DNA of 63,942 nucleotides, the filler included, from an uncultured Ignavibacteriales bacterium (GTDB lineage: Bacteria > Zixibacteria > MSB-5A5 > GN15 > JAAZOE01): NCBI GenBank assembly GCA_964611355.1. It is 7 parts of 6 records of this genome, joined end to end, with 100 filler letters (N's around TTAATTAATTAA, not from the genome) between each part and the next. Parts side by side here need not be neighbours in the genome. Positions count along the whole stretch, not along the records: positions 1 to 2,744 come from CAZSYD010000001.1; positions 2,845 to 13,252 come from CAZSYD010000002.1; 5 more parts are not named here. One strand, written 5' to 3'. A model generated the notes under the pieces. It was given only the letters and a program-made list of their open reading frames with translations. It was not told where the DNA came from and made no database searches. Shown piece after piece: positions 1 through 11,754 of the stretch (its first letter is position 1; each line of letters opens with the position of its first letter). A program made the translations under genes and the position numbers.

Positions 1-2483
1 AGCCCAAGGTACTCGTTGACGCCCATGTAATAGGCCTGGTTGATGCGCGACAGGCGGCGGGTCAGCGTTCGGCCCCATAGACTATTCTTGGCAATATCGA
101 GCTCTTCGGAAGTGGGGCCTTCGTTTTTAAGCTTCTCTATTTCGGTCAGGATGCCGTCGCGGGCCGTTTCAAAATTGTCCGCTCCGGTTCCCATAGCACA
201 GACGTACCAGCCGAAATCACGGTCAAAAGTCGCCCCCGCTCCGACCGAATAAGCCAGCCCCTGTTTTTCCCTCAGTTGTTGCTGCAGGCGGCTTGACAAT
301 ACCGCCGCCGCCAGTTTGATGGCGACTGCGTCCGGATCGGAAGCTCCCGGAAGCATATTGCCGAGGTAAATATAAACCTGCTCCTTTTCCATCTCCTGAT
401 GCGCACCCTTTATGCCGACTAATGGCGGGCCGGGTTTGGCCGAAGCGGCCGTAAAATCAACCTTCGGCATGTCCGCAAAGGCTTCTTTAATCATTGCTAT
501 CATCGTGTCGGCGTCGTAATTAGTGCCGACGGTTATAATCATATTGCCGGCGGAATAGAATTTTTTGTGATAGTTAATCAGATCGTTTCCGGTTATCGAG
601 GCGACTGTCCGCGGCGAACCGTTGATTGTCTTAGCATAGACTTCGCCCTCAAACAGAGTTGAATAGAACAGGTTCCGGCAGGCATCGATAGTTGACCCCG
701 ACTGGCGGCCGATCAGTCCCATCAGCATCCGGCGGGTATTTTCAATTTCGGTCGAATCGAAGGCCGGATTTTTAATCATGTCAGCAAAAAGCGTTAGTCC
801 CTCGTCGGTGAACTCATCGATGGTCTCGAACTTCATGAACGAATACTGCCGGGTGGTATAGAAATCATCATGGGACAGCCATGGCAGATCGCCGAGGGTG
901 ACTTTAGCCCCGATCGAAGCCAGTTTCTGTGACAACTCTTCGGCGTTATAAGTTGTCGTCCCTTTTTTGATCGTCCGGTTGACAAAATCGGTGATGCCGG
1001 TTTTGCCGGTCGGTTCCGACGCCGACCGGTTTTTCCCGATAACATTAAGAGCAAAAACGCGGCTGTCGGGATTCGATTTGATAACTACCGTCAGGCCGTT
1101 CGGCAAAACCTCTTTTCTGTAAGTCGTATGCTCTGTCTTTCCTTCCTCCGGGGTGGTTTCCTTTTTGGGATAGAATACGGTGGCGATGTATGCCAGGTTT
1201 TTCAGCCACCTGTCCGACGCCCGGACAAGCATGGTCGGGTTGACCTTGTCGATGGCGTCGAGGTACGATTCCATGAAATCCCAGCCGGTAGCAACCAACA
1301 GCGGCGCGACAATAAAGCCGTAATAATGCAGTTTTTCGCGCATATAGATTTCGCCGGTCTTTTTGGAGACCTTGATACCGTGAAGGATTTCAGGCGGCGG
1401 CTGGTAATCTTTGAAGTTTTCCAATACTTCTTCGACACCGGCAATAATCGGTTCGGCATAGTTTTCATTATCAGTAATGACATGAATTATCAGCCGGGAA
1501 AACTCCTCGGCGGTTTCCAGTTCAGCAGAAAATGACTGGTACAACGGCCGACCGGAGCTGTCAACCAGCACCCCTGTTAGCGGTGAGTTTTCATTCGAGT
1601 TGAGATAATCGGCTATCAGGTCGAAAGCGAAGTAATCGGGGTCGGTAAAATGCGGGGCGTCAATAGCCATATAAAGATAGGTCATTTTGGTGTTGCCGGC
1701 TTTGCGGTAAACCTTTTTTCCCTCCGGCGGGAAATAACCGACCTCCGGCGGCGAAGGCAGATCAACCGGAGGTATGACGCCAAAGACCGACCGGTACAGT
1801 TCAATCATTTCGTCGGTGTCAAAATCACCGATGACCAGGGCAATCATGTTATTGGGCGCATAATATCCTTTCCAGTACTCAATAACTCTTTCTCTTGGAA
1901 TAGAGGCTATGATATTTTTATATCCCAGAACCGGTCGTCCATAACCGGTTCCGGCCATCGATTTGGAACTGAAGAAATAGTAGGCCAGGTCGGCATCGTT
2001 ATCGTTACCCTGCTGTATTTCTTCGATGACGACTTTGCGTTCCTTGGCCACTTCCTCTTCGGGGAAAATGGAGTTAAACAGTTGATCGGCCTGGATATCG
2101 AGGCCGGATTCGATATATTCCTTCGGCATCAGCACAAGATAGGCGGTAAGGTCTTTGCGGGTAAAAGCATTGATGTAGCCGCCGTGGTTTCTTATTCCTT
2201 CTGAAATCTCTTTGCGGGACCGGTTTTGGGTGCCGTCAAAAAGCAGATGTTCCAGGAAATGGGTAACGCCGTTATTGAATTCATTTTCATACTTTGCCCC
2301 GGCCCTGACAAAGACAATCGAGGTAATCATCGGCGAACTATGATTTTCTTTGAAGATTACCTCCATGCCGTTCTCAAACGTCACCCTGGTGGTCCTGGCC
2401 GCCGTAAGACCGGATAACAGGAAAGAAACAAGGAGAATACAAGGCAGGTAACAGCGCAGGTATTTCAGTTTATTTTCAAACAT
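1..2483 (-). CDS. M16 (pitrilysin/insulinase) family zinc protease, secreted; 3' end runs off the window
   Basis: Manual translation from ATG at 2483 gives MFENKLKYLRCYLPCILLVSFLLSGLTAA (signal-like), then TRVTFENGMEV...NNGVTHFLEHLLFDGT (HxxEH inverted zincin motif). Absent from the ORF track because it runs off the window. Confidence 0.9.
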   Translation of the reverse strand, partial: MFENKLKYLRCYLPCILLVSFLLSGLTAARTTRVTFENGMEVIFKENHSSPMITSIVFVRAGAKYENEFNNGVTHFLEHLLFDGTQNRSRKEISEGIRNHGGYINAFTRKDLTAYLVLMPKEYIESGLDIQADQLFNSIFPEEEVAKERKVVIEEIQQGNDNDADLAYYFFSSKSMAGTGYGRPVLGYKNIIASIPRERVIEYWKGYYAPNNMIALVIGDFDTDEMIELYRSVFGVIPPVDLPSPPEVGYFPPEGKKVYRKAGNTKMTYLYMAIDAPHFTDPDYFAFDLIADYLNSNENSPLTGVLVDSSGRPLYQSFSAELETAEEFSRLIIHVITDNENYAEPIIAGVEEVLENFKDYQPPPEILHGIKVSKKTGEIYMREKLHYYGFIVAPLLVATGWDFMESYLDAIDKVNPTMLVRASDRWLKNLAYIATVFYPKKETTPEEGKTEHTTYRKEVLPNGLTVVIKSNPDSRVFALNVIGKNRSASEPTGKTGITDFVNRTIKKGTTTYNAEELSQKLASIGAKVTLGDLPWLSHDDFYTTRQYSFMKFETIDEFTDEGLTLFADMIKNPAFDSTEIENTRRMLMGLIGRQSGSTIDACRNLFYSTLFEGEVYAKTINGSPRTVASITGNDLINYHKKFYSAGNMIITVGTNYDADTMIAMIKEAFADMPKVDFTAASAKPGPPLVGIKGAHQEMEKEQVYIYLGNMLPGASDPDAVAIKLAAAVLSSRLQQQLREKQGLAYSVGAGATFDRDFGWYVCAMGTGADNFETARDGILTEIEKLKNEGPTSEELDIAKNSLWGRTLTRRLSRINQAYYMGVNEYLG

Positions 2484-2601
2484 TTCCGCCACTCCTTACC
2501 GGGGGAAACCCGACCATACATGATTTTACAACCTATTATTGAATAATTGTTTAACCTATTGCAACGGTAATTAAATGTCAAGTATCGGATTTATAAAACA
2601 A

Positions 2602-2629
2602 TTGACATGGCCGGCATTTGTAGTATATT
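2602..2629 (+). promoter_or_regulatory. sigma70-like promoter TTGACA-N16-TATATT
   Basis: Near-consensus -35/-10 about 50 nt upstream of the ATG at 2679. Confidence 0.5.
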
Positions 2630-2678
2630 TGGGCTTCGTTTATCGGACAAAGTTTTTCGAAAAGGAAGAAGTCGAGAA

Positions 2679-2744
2679 ATGAGCAGAACACAGACATGGC
2701 GAGTCGTTATCACGTTGATTATGATCGTCGCCGCCATCTACTAC
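2679..2744 (+). CDS. N-terminal fragment of a membrane protein, possibly SecD; cut by contig end
   Basis: MSRTQTWRVVITLIMIVAAIYY resembles SecD N-termini; only 22 codons visible. Confidence 0.35.
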
Positions 2745-2844
2745 NNNNNNNNNNNNNNNNNNNNNNNNNNNNNNNNNNNNNNNNNNNNTTAATTAATTAA
2801 NNNNNNNNNNNNNNNNNNNNNNNNNNNNNNNNNNNNNNNNNNNN
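2745..2844. other. Artificial contig spacer (N run with TTAATTAATTAA); same spacer at 13253-13352, 30224-30323, 42541-42640, 51674-51773 and 54561-54660
   Basis: 100-nt N block with a central all-frame-stop linker. Confidence 0.98.
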
Positions 2845-3590
2845 TAGATTTCATCAAGTTCCGCCTGGTTGACCTGGTCGATATTCTTATCGTCGGCTAT
2901 ATTATTTACAAGCTTCTAAATCTTATGAGAGGGACCCGCTCGGCCCAGATGATTACCGGCCTGGTGCTGGTATTCCTTTTGGCTTTTATCGCCTTCTGGT
3001 TACGGCTGGAAGGTCTGATGTGGCTTTTTTCAAATCTTGCCACGGTCGGTCTAATCGTGCTGGTGATTATCTTTCAGCCGGAACTGCGCGGCATGCTGGG
3101 CCAGATGGGGCATTCACGGCTCTTCAGAGTGCTGGGGAAATTCGAAGGTTCCAAAACAATCGAGGAAGTCGCTCGGGCCGCTATCAGATTAGCGGAACTG
3201 AAATATGGCGGGTTGATGGTTATCGAACGGGCGGTAGGATTGAAGAACTTTATAGAAACCGGCAAGCTGCTGGATGCCCGGCTGTCGGCGGAAGTGATAA
3301 CCACCATGTTCACGCCATACACGCCGCTTCATGACGGCGCGATTATTATATCGGGCGAATATATTTCGGCGGCCGCATGCACGCTGCCGTTGACCAAGAA
3401 TCCGCGCTACCGCAAACTCTACGGCATGCGGCATAAGGCGGCTATCGGCGTCACCGAGGAATCGGATGCCATTGCCGTGGTGATTTCCGAGGAAAACGGC
3501 GATATATCGATTGCGTATCAGGGTCTTCTCAAGCGCGGCATCGACCGCAACGAACTGCGGGATGTGTTGGCGGATTATTTTAAGAAGTAG
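2845..3590 (+). CDS. cdaA: Diadenylate cyclase CdaA/DacA (5' truncated by contig edge)
   Basis: N-terminal TM helices, IFQPELR, PLHDGA and GMRHKAA DAC motifs. Confidence 0.92.
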
Positions 3591-3618
3591 CGTATAAATC
3601 CATGCATTGAACGGGGTA

Positions 3619-4137
3619 TTAGTGATTCTTTTGTTTATCGATCAAATTATAATTTGAGATAATTTCTACAAGAGCTTCTCGTGCGTCCTCTATCGTGGGC
3701 AGGGCATTTTCAATAACTGTTATTGTCAAATCCTCGCCGACATTTCCATAGTTTCTGATTAAGCAGGCGAGTTGCGATGATGCGGTTTGCATTTTATCTC
3801 TGACGCTTGATGGGAAATAAGGATACCACAAGTCTATATAATTACGAGCTTGTTCCATTCCGTTTTGAATTGATGAATCGGCTTTTTGGGCACCCTCTGA
3901 TCTTAACCTTAAAACTGTTGTTGCCTGTTGACTGAGTCTCAAGTACGCTCCTCTCATCGCCTTCATTGAGTCGGCGGTTACCATTTTTTCGATTTCAAAT
4001 AACCTTCCTCTATCAATGTCTTTAAGATCTAATTCCTTCAGTCTTCGGTTATGCTTTAAGCTATAAAGGGGCACGACTATCGCAACTGCATAAGGTGCAA
4101 TCGCTATAATTAAATCGAATACATCCTTCCATAACAT
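3619..4137 (-). CDS. Hypothetical protein with N-terminal TM helix, AT-rich
   Basis: 172-aa ORF with SD-like GGCGGG upstream; no recognisable motif. Confidence 0.65.
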   Translation of the reverse strand: MLWKDVFDLIIAIAPYAVAIVVPLYSLKHNRRLKELDLKDIDRGRLFEIEKMVTADSMKAMRGAYLRLSQQATTVLRLRSEGAQKADSSIQNGMEQARNYIDLWYPYFPSSVRDKMQTASSQLACLIRNYGNVGEDLTITVIENALPTIEDAREALVEIISNYNLIDKQKNH

Positions 4138-4219
4138 GAGTTGTACCCGCCTTAGTTAATTTCGATTTGGTTAAATTTTTGGCCATCATGTACGTGACTT
4201 GGCCATATCCGTTTATGAA

Positions 4220-4624
4220 TTATGTCCCTTTCGATTCGGTCTTCAATGTATCTTCGGCTTTCTTTTCCGGCGAAGTTCTTTCCTCCCCCGGTTTATATAG
4301 TATCAAGTGCCGGGTGACGAGCGGGTGTTGCAGGTTGCCGATGTATTCGAAATTTAATACGCCCGGTTCGTAGCCTTCTTTTTCGAAGTAGATATTATGT
4401 TCCTCGCATGAAACGTCGTCGAGGTGGAAAAAGCCAAGCGAATCGGTAAACGTACTCAGCTTTTTATGAGATTTCTCGAAGACCTTGACATCGGCCAAAT
4501 AGATGCTGGTATCCGAGGCGGTTACCCGGCCGGTCAGGACGGCGTATTTCTCGTGTTTTTCTCCGCACGAGAGCAATATCAGGGCGCAAGTTACAATGCA
4601 CGCGAAAATTATTGTGGTTCGCAT
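4220..4624 (-). CDS. Lipoprotein with carboxypeptidase-regulatory-like (CarboxypepD_reg) domain
   Basis: Lipobox ILLSC, then LTGRV...TDSLGFF...FEKEGY beta-sandwich pattern; GGAGA SD before ATG 4624. Confidence 0.7.
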   Translation of the reverse strand: MRTTIIFACIVTCALILLSCGEKHEKYAVLTGRVTASDTSIYLADVKVFEKSHKKLSTFTDSLGFFHLDDVSCEEHNIYFEKEGYEPGVLNFEYIGNLQHPLVTRHLILYKPGEERTSPEKKAEDTLKTESKGT

Positions 4625-4783
4625 ATTCTCTCCTTGTAATAGGTTTAATTTAAGAATGCAGGGCGTTACAGGAAACAAAAAAGTGATGGATTTCGGTCGA
4701 AATTTGGGATATATTTCGACACCGCACGCGGGGGCCTGAGATTACCGTGCGAAAAACACCGGCTCCGGCCGGTTGGTTTGTGA

Positions 4784-6863
<2,080 letters not shown>

Positions 6864-6864
6864 T

Positions 6865-7134
6865 ATGATCGAAAAGAAGGTGACCGTTGCTAATAAACTT
6901 GGGTTGCATGCCCGTCCGTCTGCCAGGGTTGTTCAGACGGCATCGCGATTTAAATCGGAAATCATGTTCACGAAGGGGAACATGACCATCAATGCCAAAT
7001 CAATGCTCGGTGTCATGGCGCTGGCGGCCGAATATGGCTCTGAACTGATAGTGCGGATTGAGGGCGAAGACGAAAAGGAAGCGGCTACGGAGATGGTCAG
7101 GCTTTTCAAAAAGAAGTTCAAGGATGTTTATTGA
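6865..7134 (+). CDS. ptsH: Phosphocarrier protein HPr
   Basis: GLHARP (His15) and NAKSMLGVM (Ser46). Confidence 0.96.
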   Translation: MIEKKVTVANKLGLHARPSARVVQTASRFKSEIMFTKGNMTINAKSMLGVMALAAEYGSELIVRIEGEDEKEAATEMVRLFKKKFKDVY

Positions 7135-7208
7135 GAAAGGGAACCGTTCTTAAAAGGAAGCCGGGCGGTCAGACTTTTGCCCGGCATGTTTGAATATCGA
7201 GTGAAGAT

Positions 7209-8987
7209 ATGTCCACAGAGAACATCATTATAAAAGGCGTGCCGGTTTCACCGGGCGTGGCCATGGGCGAAGCCCAGGTTCTGCGTGACCGGATGTTTTG
7301 CGTTGTCCGCCGGCATGTTCCGGCATCGCTGGTCAAAAACGAAATCAACCGCCTTAAGAGTGCCTCTCAGAAAGTCATCGAGGAGCTGAAAACGTCAAAA
7401 GAAGGGGCGGTCAGGGCAATCGGGGAGCCGGGAGCCAATGTCTTCGAGGCGCAGGTTATGATCGCTTCGGATCGGCAGTTTTTCGATTCCGTCGCCGCTC
7501 GCATTGCCCGCGATCGGGTCAACGCCGAATTTGCCTATCAGGAGGCGTTGGCGGAGACGTTAAACCGGCTCGAAAAATCAGAGGATACTTATCTGCGGCA
7601 GATGGTTCATGACATCAGGTCGGTTTCCGAACGCGTTCTTTCGTTTCTTCTTGGTGTCCGGGACGGTAGTATAAATGGCTTTGACCATCCGACTATTCTG
7701 GTTGGACGCATTTTCAGTCCCGGCAGGATTATGACTTACTCCCAAAAGAACCTGGCAGGGCTGGTAACCGAGGAAGGCGGTCCGACTTCCCATATGGGGT
7801 TGATTGCCCGTTCTCTCGGCATCCCGACCGTAATGGGCGATTTCAATACCGCGGGGGCTCTGACTTCCGGAACCCAGCTTATCATTGACGGCAATAATGG
7901 CGAAGTGATAATAAATCCCGATGCGGCCACCTGGCGTAATTACCGGCGTATTCGCCTGAGAAAGCGTTCCCAGCCGTTTGCCGTTTTAGTTAAGAGCCGT
8001 TCCATTGAACCGGTGTGTCTTGACGGCAAGCGGGTAACTCTGGCGGCCAACCTTGAGATTCCCGGGCCGCTCGATGAACATCTGGTCAGGCTCGGCATCG
8101 GCGTCGGGCTTTATCGCACTGAATTCCTCTATTTCAAGAACCAGGCTTTTCCTGACGAGGATCAGCAGTTTGAGATTTATTCCCGAATTGCCCGGCGGTT
8201 TCATCCCCTGCCGGTGACTCTGCGAACCTTCGATCTCGGCGGCGACAAATACGCAGAAGAACTGGGCGCTATTCGCGAAGATAACCCGGCTCTTGGCTGG
8301 CGGGGTATCAGGGTTTCGCTTGACGCCGCGAGATTATTCAGGATACAACTCAGGGCGATACTTCGTGCCTCGGTTATGGGTAATATCCGTATCCTGCTGC
8401 CGATGGTTTCCGATGCTCGTGAGATCGGCGAAGCGCGTGATATAATCGGCAGGATCAAGCGGGAATTGCGGCGGAGCAGAGTTCCGTTTGATAAAGACGT
8501 CCGGGTGGGAGCGATGATTGAGATTCCGTCGGCGGCGATGGCTGCCGATTTCCTGGCCGAAAAGTCCGATTTTTTCTCTATTGGCACCAATGACCTGATC
8601 CAGTATACCATGGCCGCCGATCGCGGCAACCATCGCGTGGCAAGGTATTACACGGGCCATCACCCTGCGGTGCTGAAACTGATTCAAATGACGATTCAGG
8701 CGGCTCACAACAACGGCATCCCTGTGTCGGTCTGCGGGGAAATGGCCGGCTTCAGGACCATGACGCCTTTTCTGGTGGGGTTGGGAGTGGATGAACTGTC
8801 GATGACTCCAACCCAATTGCCGATCATAGCGGACTGGATATCCCGTTTCTCGTATTACGATGCGAAACGGTTTAGTTCGCGGGTGATGAGACTTCACTCG
8901 ACCGAAAAAGTTTCCCGGGCGCTAAGTGAGGCTTACGACTACGTCAAGAAGCAGAAAAAGGGAGGATGGCTTGAACAGGCTCGATAA
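7209..8987 (+). CDS. ptsI: PEP-protein phosphotransferase (PTS enzyme I)
   Basis: GGPTSHMGLIAR phospho-His, GLYRTEF, DNPALGWRG, FSIGTNDL, CGEMAG. Confidence 0.95.
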   Translation: MSTENIIIKGVPVSPGVAMGEAQVLRDRMFCVVRRHVPASLVKNEINRLKSASQKVIEELKTSKEGAVRAIGEPGANVFEAQVMIASDRQFFDSVAARIARDRVNAEFAYQEALAETLNRLEKSEDTYLRQMVHDIRSVSERVLSFLLGVRDGSINGFDHPTILVGRIFSPGRIMTYSQKNLAGLVTEEGGPTSHMGLIARSLGIPTVMGDFNTAGALTSGTQLIIDGNNGEVIINPDAATWRNYRRIRLRKRSQPFAVLVKSRSIEPVCLDGKRVTLAANLEIPGPLDEHLVRLGIGVGLYRTEFLYFKNQAFPDEDQQFEIYSRIARRFHPLPVTLRTFDLGGDKYAEELGAIREDNPALGWRGIRVSLDAARLFRIQLRAILRASVMGNIRILLPMVSDAREIGEARDIIGRIKRELRRSRVPFDKDVRVGAMIEIPSAAMAADFLAEKSDFFSIGTNDLIQYTMAADRGNHRVARYYTGHHPAVLKLIQMTIQAAHNNGIPVSVCGEMAGFRTMTPFLVGLGVDELSMTPTQLPIIADWISRFSYYDAKRFSSRVMRLHSTEKVSRALSEAYDYVKKQKKGGWLEQAR

Positions 8988-10041
8988 TATAACCGGCATC
9001 AACTTAGTCGACCCGTGCGGTATGTACGACGCGATCAAGTCATTTCCCAACCAGATACGCAAGGCGGTTCGGATAGGGAACGAAATCAACGTCAACAGTT
9101 CCGACTACAAAGATATTAAGAATATCGTCCTCTGCGGCATGGGCGGCTCGGCTATCGGAGGCGATCTGGCTCGTTCGCTTTTGCAAGGGGATATGACTGC
9201 CTCGATGCAGATTTGCCGCAATTATAATCTTCCCGGATACACAGGGCCGGATACTCTGGCGATCGGTTCTTCGTATTCGGGAGATACCGAGGAAACTCTG
9301 TCGGCGTTCAAGCAGGCGCAGAAAAAGGAATGCCGGCTTTTTGTCCTGACCACCGGCGGACAATTGAAAGAAATTGCCGAAAGGGGACGTATTCCTCTGG
9401 CCGTTCTTCCAGGCGGCCTGAAGCCGCGGGCGGCGCTGGGGTATTCTTTTGTGCCACTCATGCTGTTCTTCAATAGAATTGGATTATCGTTCCGGGACGC
9501 GGACTCCTTTGAAAGCCTGGCCGATTTTCTTGAAAAACGCCTGGACTCATTTGCCCTGGAGACCGATTCGGATAAGAACCGAGCCAAGCAATTGGCTATG
9601 CGGTTGTATGGCCGCATCCCGATAATATATTCCGGGCCGGAACTGACGGACGCCGTCGGGACGCGGATAAAAGGCCAGATATGCGAGAACGCCGAAATGC
9701 TGGCTTTTGCCAACCAATTCCCGGAATTTAATCATAACGAACTTGTCGGCTGGCAAATTATTAATTCTATGCGTGATTATTTACGGGTGATAATTCTCCG
9801 CGACCGGGACGATCATCCCCGTGTCGCGGCCCGAATGGATATCGTCAGGAAGATGATCGAAAAACAGGGGGTTGACGTAATTGAAATCAATTCGGAAGGC
9901 GAAAACCGTCTGGAACGGATTTTTTCGCTGATACAACTTGGCGATTTCGTCAGCTTATACTTAGCCCTGCTAAACAAAGTCGATCCTACGCTGGCCGAGC
10001 CTATTGAGATGCTCAAGCGTGAACTGGCCGGCTTGGAATAA
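8971..10041 (+). CDS. Bifunctional phosphoglucose/phosphomannose isomerase (SIS domain)
   Basis: GMGGSAIGGD, SYSGDTEETL, PEFNHNE; TTG start after GGAGG. Confidence 0.9.
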   Translation: MNRLDNITGINLVDPCGMYDAIKSFPNQIRKAVRIGNEINVNSSDYKDIKNIVLCGMGGSAIGGDLARSLLQGDMTASMQICRNYNLPGYTGPDTLAIGSSYSGDTEETLSAFKQAQKKECRLFVLTTGGQLKEIAERGRIPLAVLPGGLKPRAALGYSFVPLMLFFNRIGLSFRDADSFESLADFLEKRLDSFALETDSDKNRAKQLAMRLYGRIPIIYSGPELTDAVGTRIKGQICENAEMLAFANQFPEFNHNELVGWQIINSMRDYLRVIILRDRDDHPRVAARMDIVRKMIEKQGVDVIEINSEGENRLERIFSLIQLGDFVSLYLALLNKVDPTLAEPIEMLKRELAGLE

Positions 10042-10202
10042 TATAATAGATTAAGGCCAATCGAATGGCGGGCCGTCCTCCGTTAATAATCTAAAAAGGG
10101 AAGCCGATACTACCTAAGAACCGGGATCAAAAGCAATTGTCCGGCGATTCGGGTATGGTTCCGCTCGACTCGGCCGAGTCGCCCGATAATGATGATTAAA
10201 GA

Positions 10203-10964
10203 ATGAGGCCGGAATTGGCTGAGATACTGCTTATCCATAATAACGATGATTCCGCGAAGATGCTTCGGGAGATTCTTGAAAAGAACCGCCATGAAATCCA
10301 TTACGCTCATTCCCTTGAAAAAGGGATATCACAACTGCAATCAAATTATTCGATTGACCTGATCATAGTAGAGGCGGTACAGTGTTCTTCCAGGTTGAAT
10401 CTGTTTGAAATTTTGCGCGGTAGTCCGAAATATCGTTTTATGCCGGTTATGGTAATCTGCGATGATTGTGATGAAACAGTAATACATCATTGCATAAGTC
10501 TCGGGGCAAAAAATATTGTATTGTATCCCTGTCCGGAAGGGCTTCTTGTCGAAAAGATCGATATGGTTGTTTCAAATGGTAAGCCGGTAGTTCTTATCGT
10601 AGAAGAGAATAACCTGTTGCTTGGTAATCTTACATATGTTGCCGAATTGGAAGGATTTAAGGCCCTTGCCGTGGAATCCGGAGAAAAGGCTCTTGATCTT
10701 TTGAAGACGAGCAAAATAGCCGCCGTGGTGACCGATAGCCGGTTACCGAAAATGTCCGTCCCTGATCTTATGGCCGGCGTCAGAAATATCAATCCGGATG
10801 TTCCAATGATAATGATGGGTAATTATAAAAGTCAGTTTACCCGGGAAGATGCCGAGTCGGCCGGTGTCAACGGTTTTTTGACCAAGCCGTTTAAGAATAC
10901 TGAGTTTGCCGGTCTCCTGCGGCGTCTTGTACTGAAAAAGGAGAAGCTCCCCGCTGTTTGTTAA
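10203..10964 (+). CDS. Tandem receiver-domain protein with no output domain
   Basis: Two REC-like folds; the second has VVTD..P and FLTKPF, the first is degenerate. Confidence 0.8.
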   Translation: MRPELAEILLIHNNDDSAKMLREILEKNRHEIHYAHSLEKGISQLQSNYSIDLIIVEAVQCSSRLNLFEILRGSPKYRFMPVMVICDDCDETVIHHCISLGAKNIVLYPCPEGLLVEKIDMVVSNGKPVVLIVEENNLLLGNLTYVAELEGFKALAVESGEKALDLLKTSKIAAVVTDSRLPKMSVPDLMAGVRNINPDVPMIMMGNYKSQFTREDAESAGVNGFLTKPFKNTEFAGLLRRLVLKKEKLPAVC

Positions 10965-11130
10965 ATAGCTCGGTTTGTCGCGGAACAGGCTGTCCCGAAA
11001 GCTCGCAAGCAACAGTCCTTCAATTGGTTTGGATTAACGGATATTCGTATTCTCTATACTTGCCGTCGCCGGCAACGATCAATATTCGGTTGTATTTTAC
11101 AACTGAAATCGGTATTATCCCAAAAGTAGC

Positions 11131-11155
11131 GAAACCGGTTTGGCTGCAGGCCGTA
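11131..11155 (+). promoter_or_regulatory. ECF (SigW-type) promoter GAAAC-N16-CGTA
   Basis: Exact SigW-like -35/-10 spacing ending 21 nt before the ECF sigma start codon. Confidence 0.6.
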
Positions 11156-11176
11156 ACTTATATTAAGGGCAAAAAT

Positions 11177-11743
11177 TTGCCTGAGGTTGACGATAAACTG
11201 ATAAAAGGAGCTCTCCGGGGCGATCAGAAAGCCTTCAAAGAACTGGTTGCCCGACACAGGGCGTCGGTATTTCATATTATCTTCCGGCTCGTCCGGAACA
11301 GGGAACTGGCCGACGACCTAGTACAGGAGACCTTTATGAAAGCTTTCAGTTCTTTGAAAACGTATCGTTCCGAATACCGGTTTTCGACCTGGCTGTACAA
11401 AATCGCGGCCAACTCGTCGATTGACCATCTGCGGAAAAAGCGGATTCGAGCGCTGTCGCTGGACAATCCGATTCGAACCGATGATGGCGAGATAGGGATA
11501 GACGTCGCCGATTACCGGCGTCATCCCGAAGAGGAAATGGTCCGCCGGGAACAAGCCGTTTCCATAGACGAGGCCATTGAAACCCTGCCGATAAAATATC
11601 GGCGGGTAATAATAGCCCGGCACAAGGAAGAAAAATCGTACGAGGAGATTGCCCGTGAACTGGGCGTGCCGGTCGGGACGGTCAAAGCTCGTATCTTTCG
11701 CGCCCGTGAACTTCTCAAAAAGAGGCTCCGGGGGATAAGGTAG
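11177..11743 (+). CDS. ECF RNA polymerase sigma factor (SigW/RpoE-like)
   Basis: DLVQETFMKAF, FSTWLYKIAAN, SYEEIA...VGTVKARIFRAR; TTG start chosen. Confidence 0.93.
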   Translation: MPEVDDKLIKGALRGDQKAFKELVARHRASVFHIIFRLVRNRELADDLVQETFMKAFSSLKTYRSEYRFSTWLYKIAANSSIDHLRKKRIRALSLDNPIRTDDGEIGIDVADYRRHPEEEMVRREQAVSIDEAIETLPIKYRRVIIARHKEEKSYEEIARELGVPVGTVKARIFRARELLKKRLRGIR

Positions 11744-11754
11744 GAGACAACGCG

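Noticed and set aside
40..2417. Short ORFs on either strand listed over the first contig
   Set aside because: Shadow ORFs of the long minus-strand M16 peptidase gene.
2745..2844. Recurring TTAATTAATTAA within N runs as a biological repeat
   Set aside because: Artificial contig linker with stops in all frames; ORFs ending in ...XLIN are artefacts.
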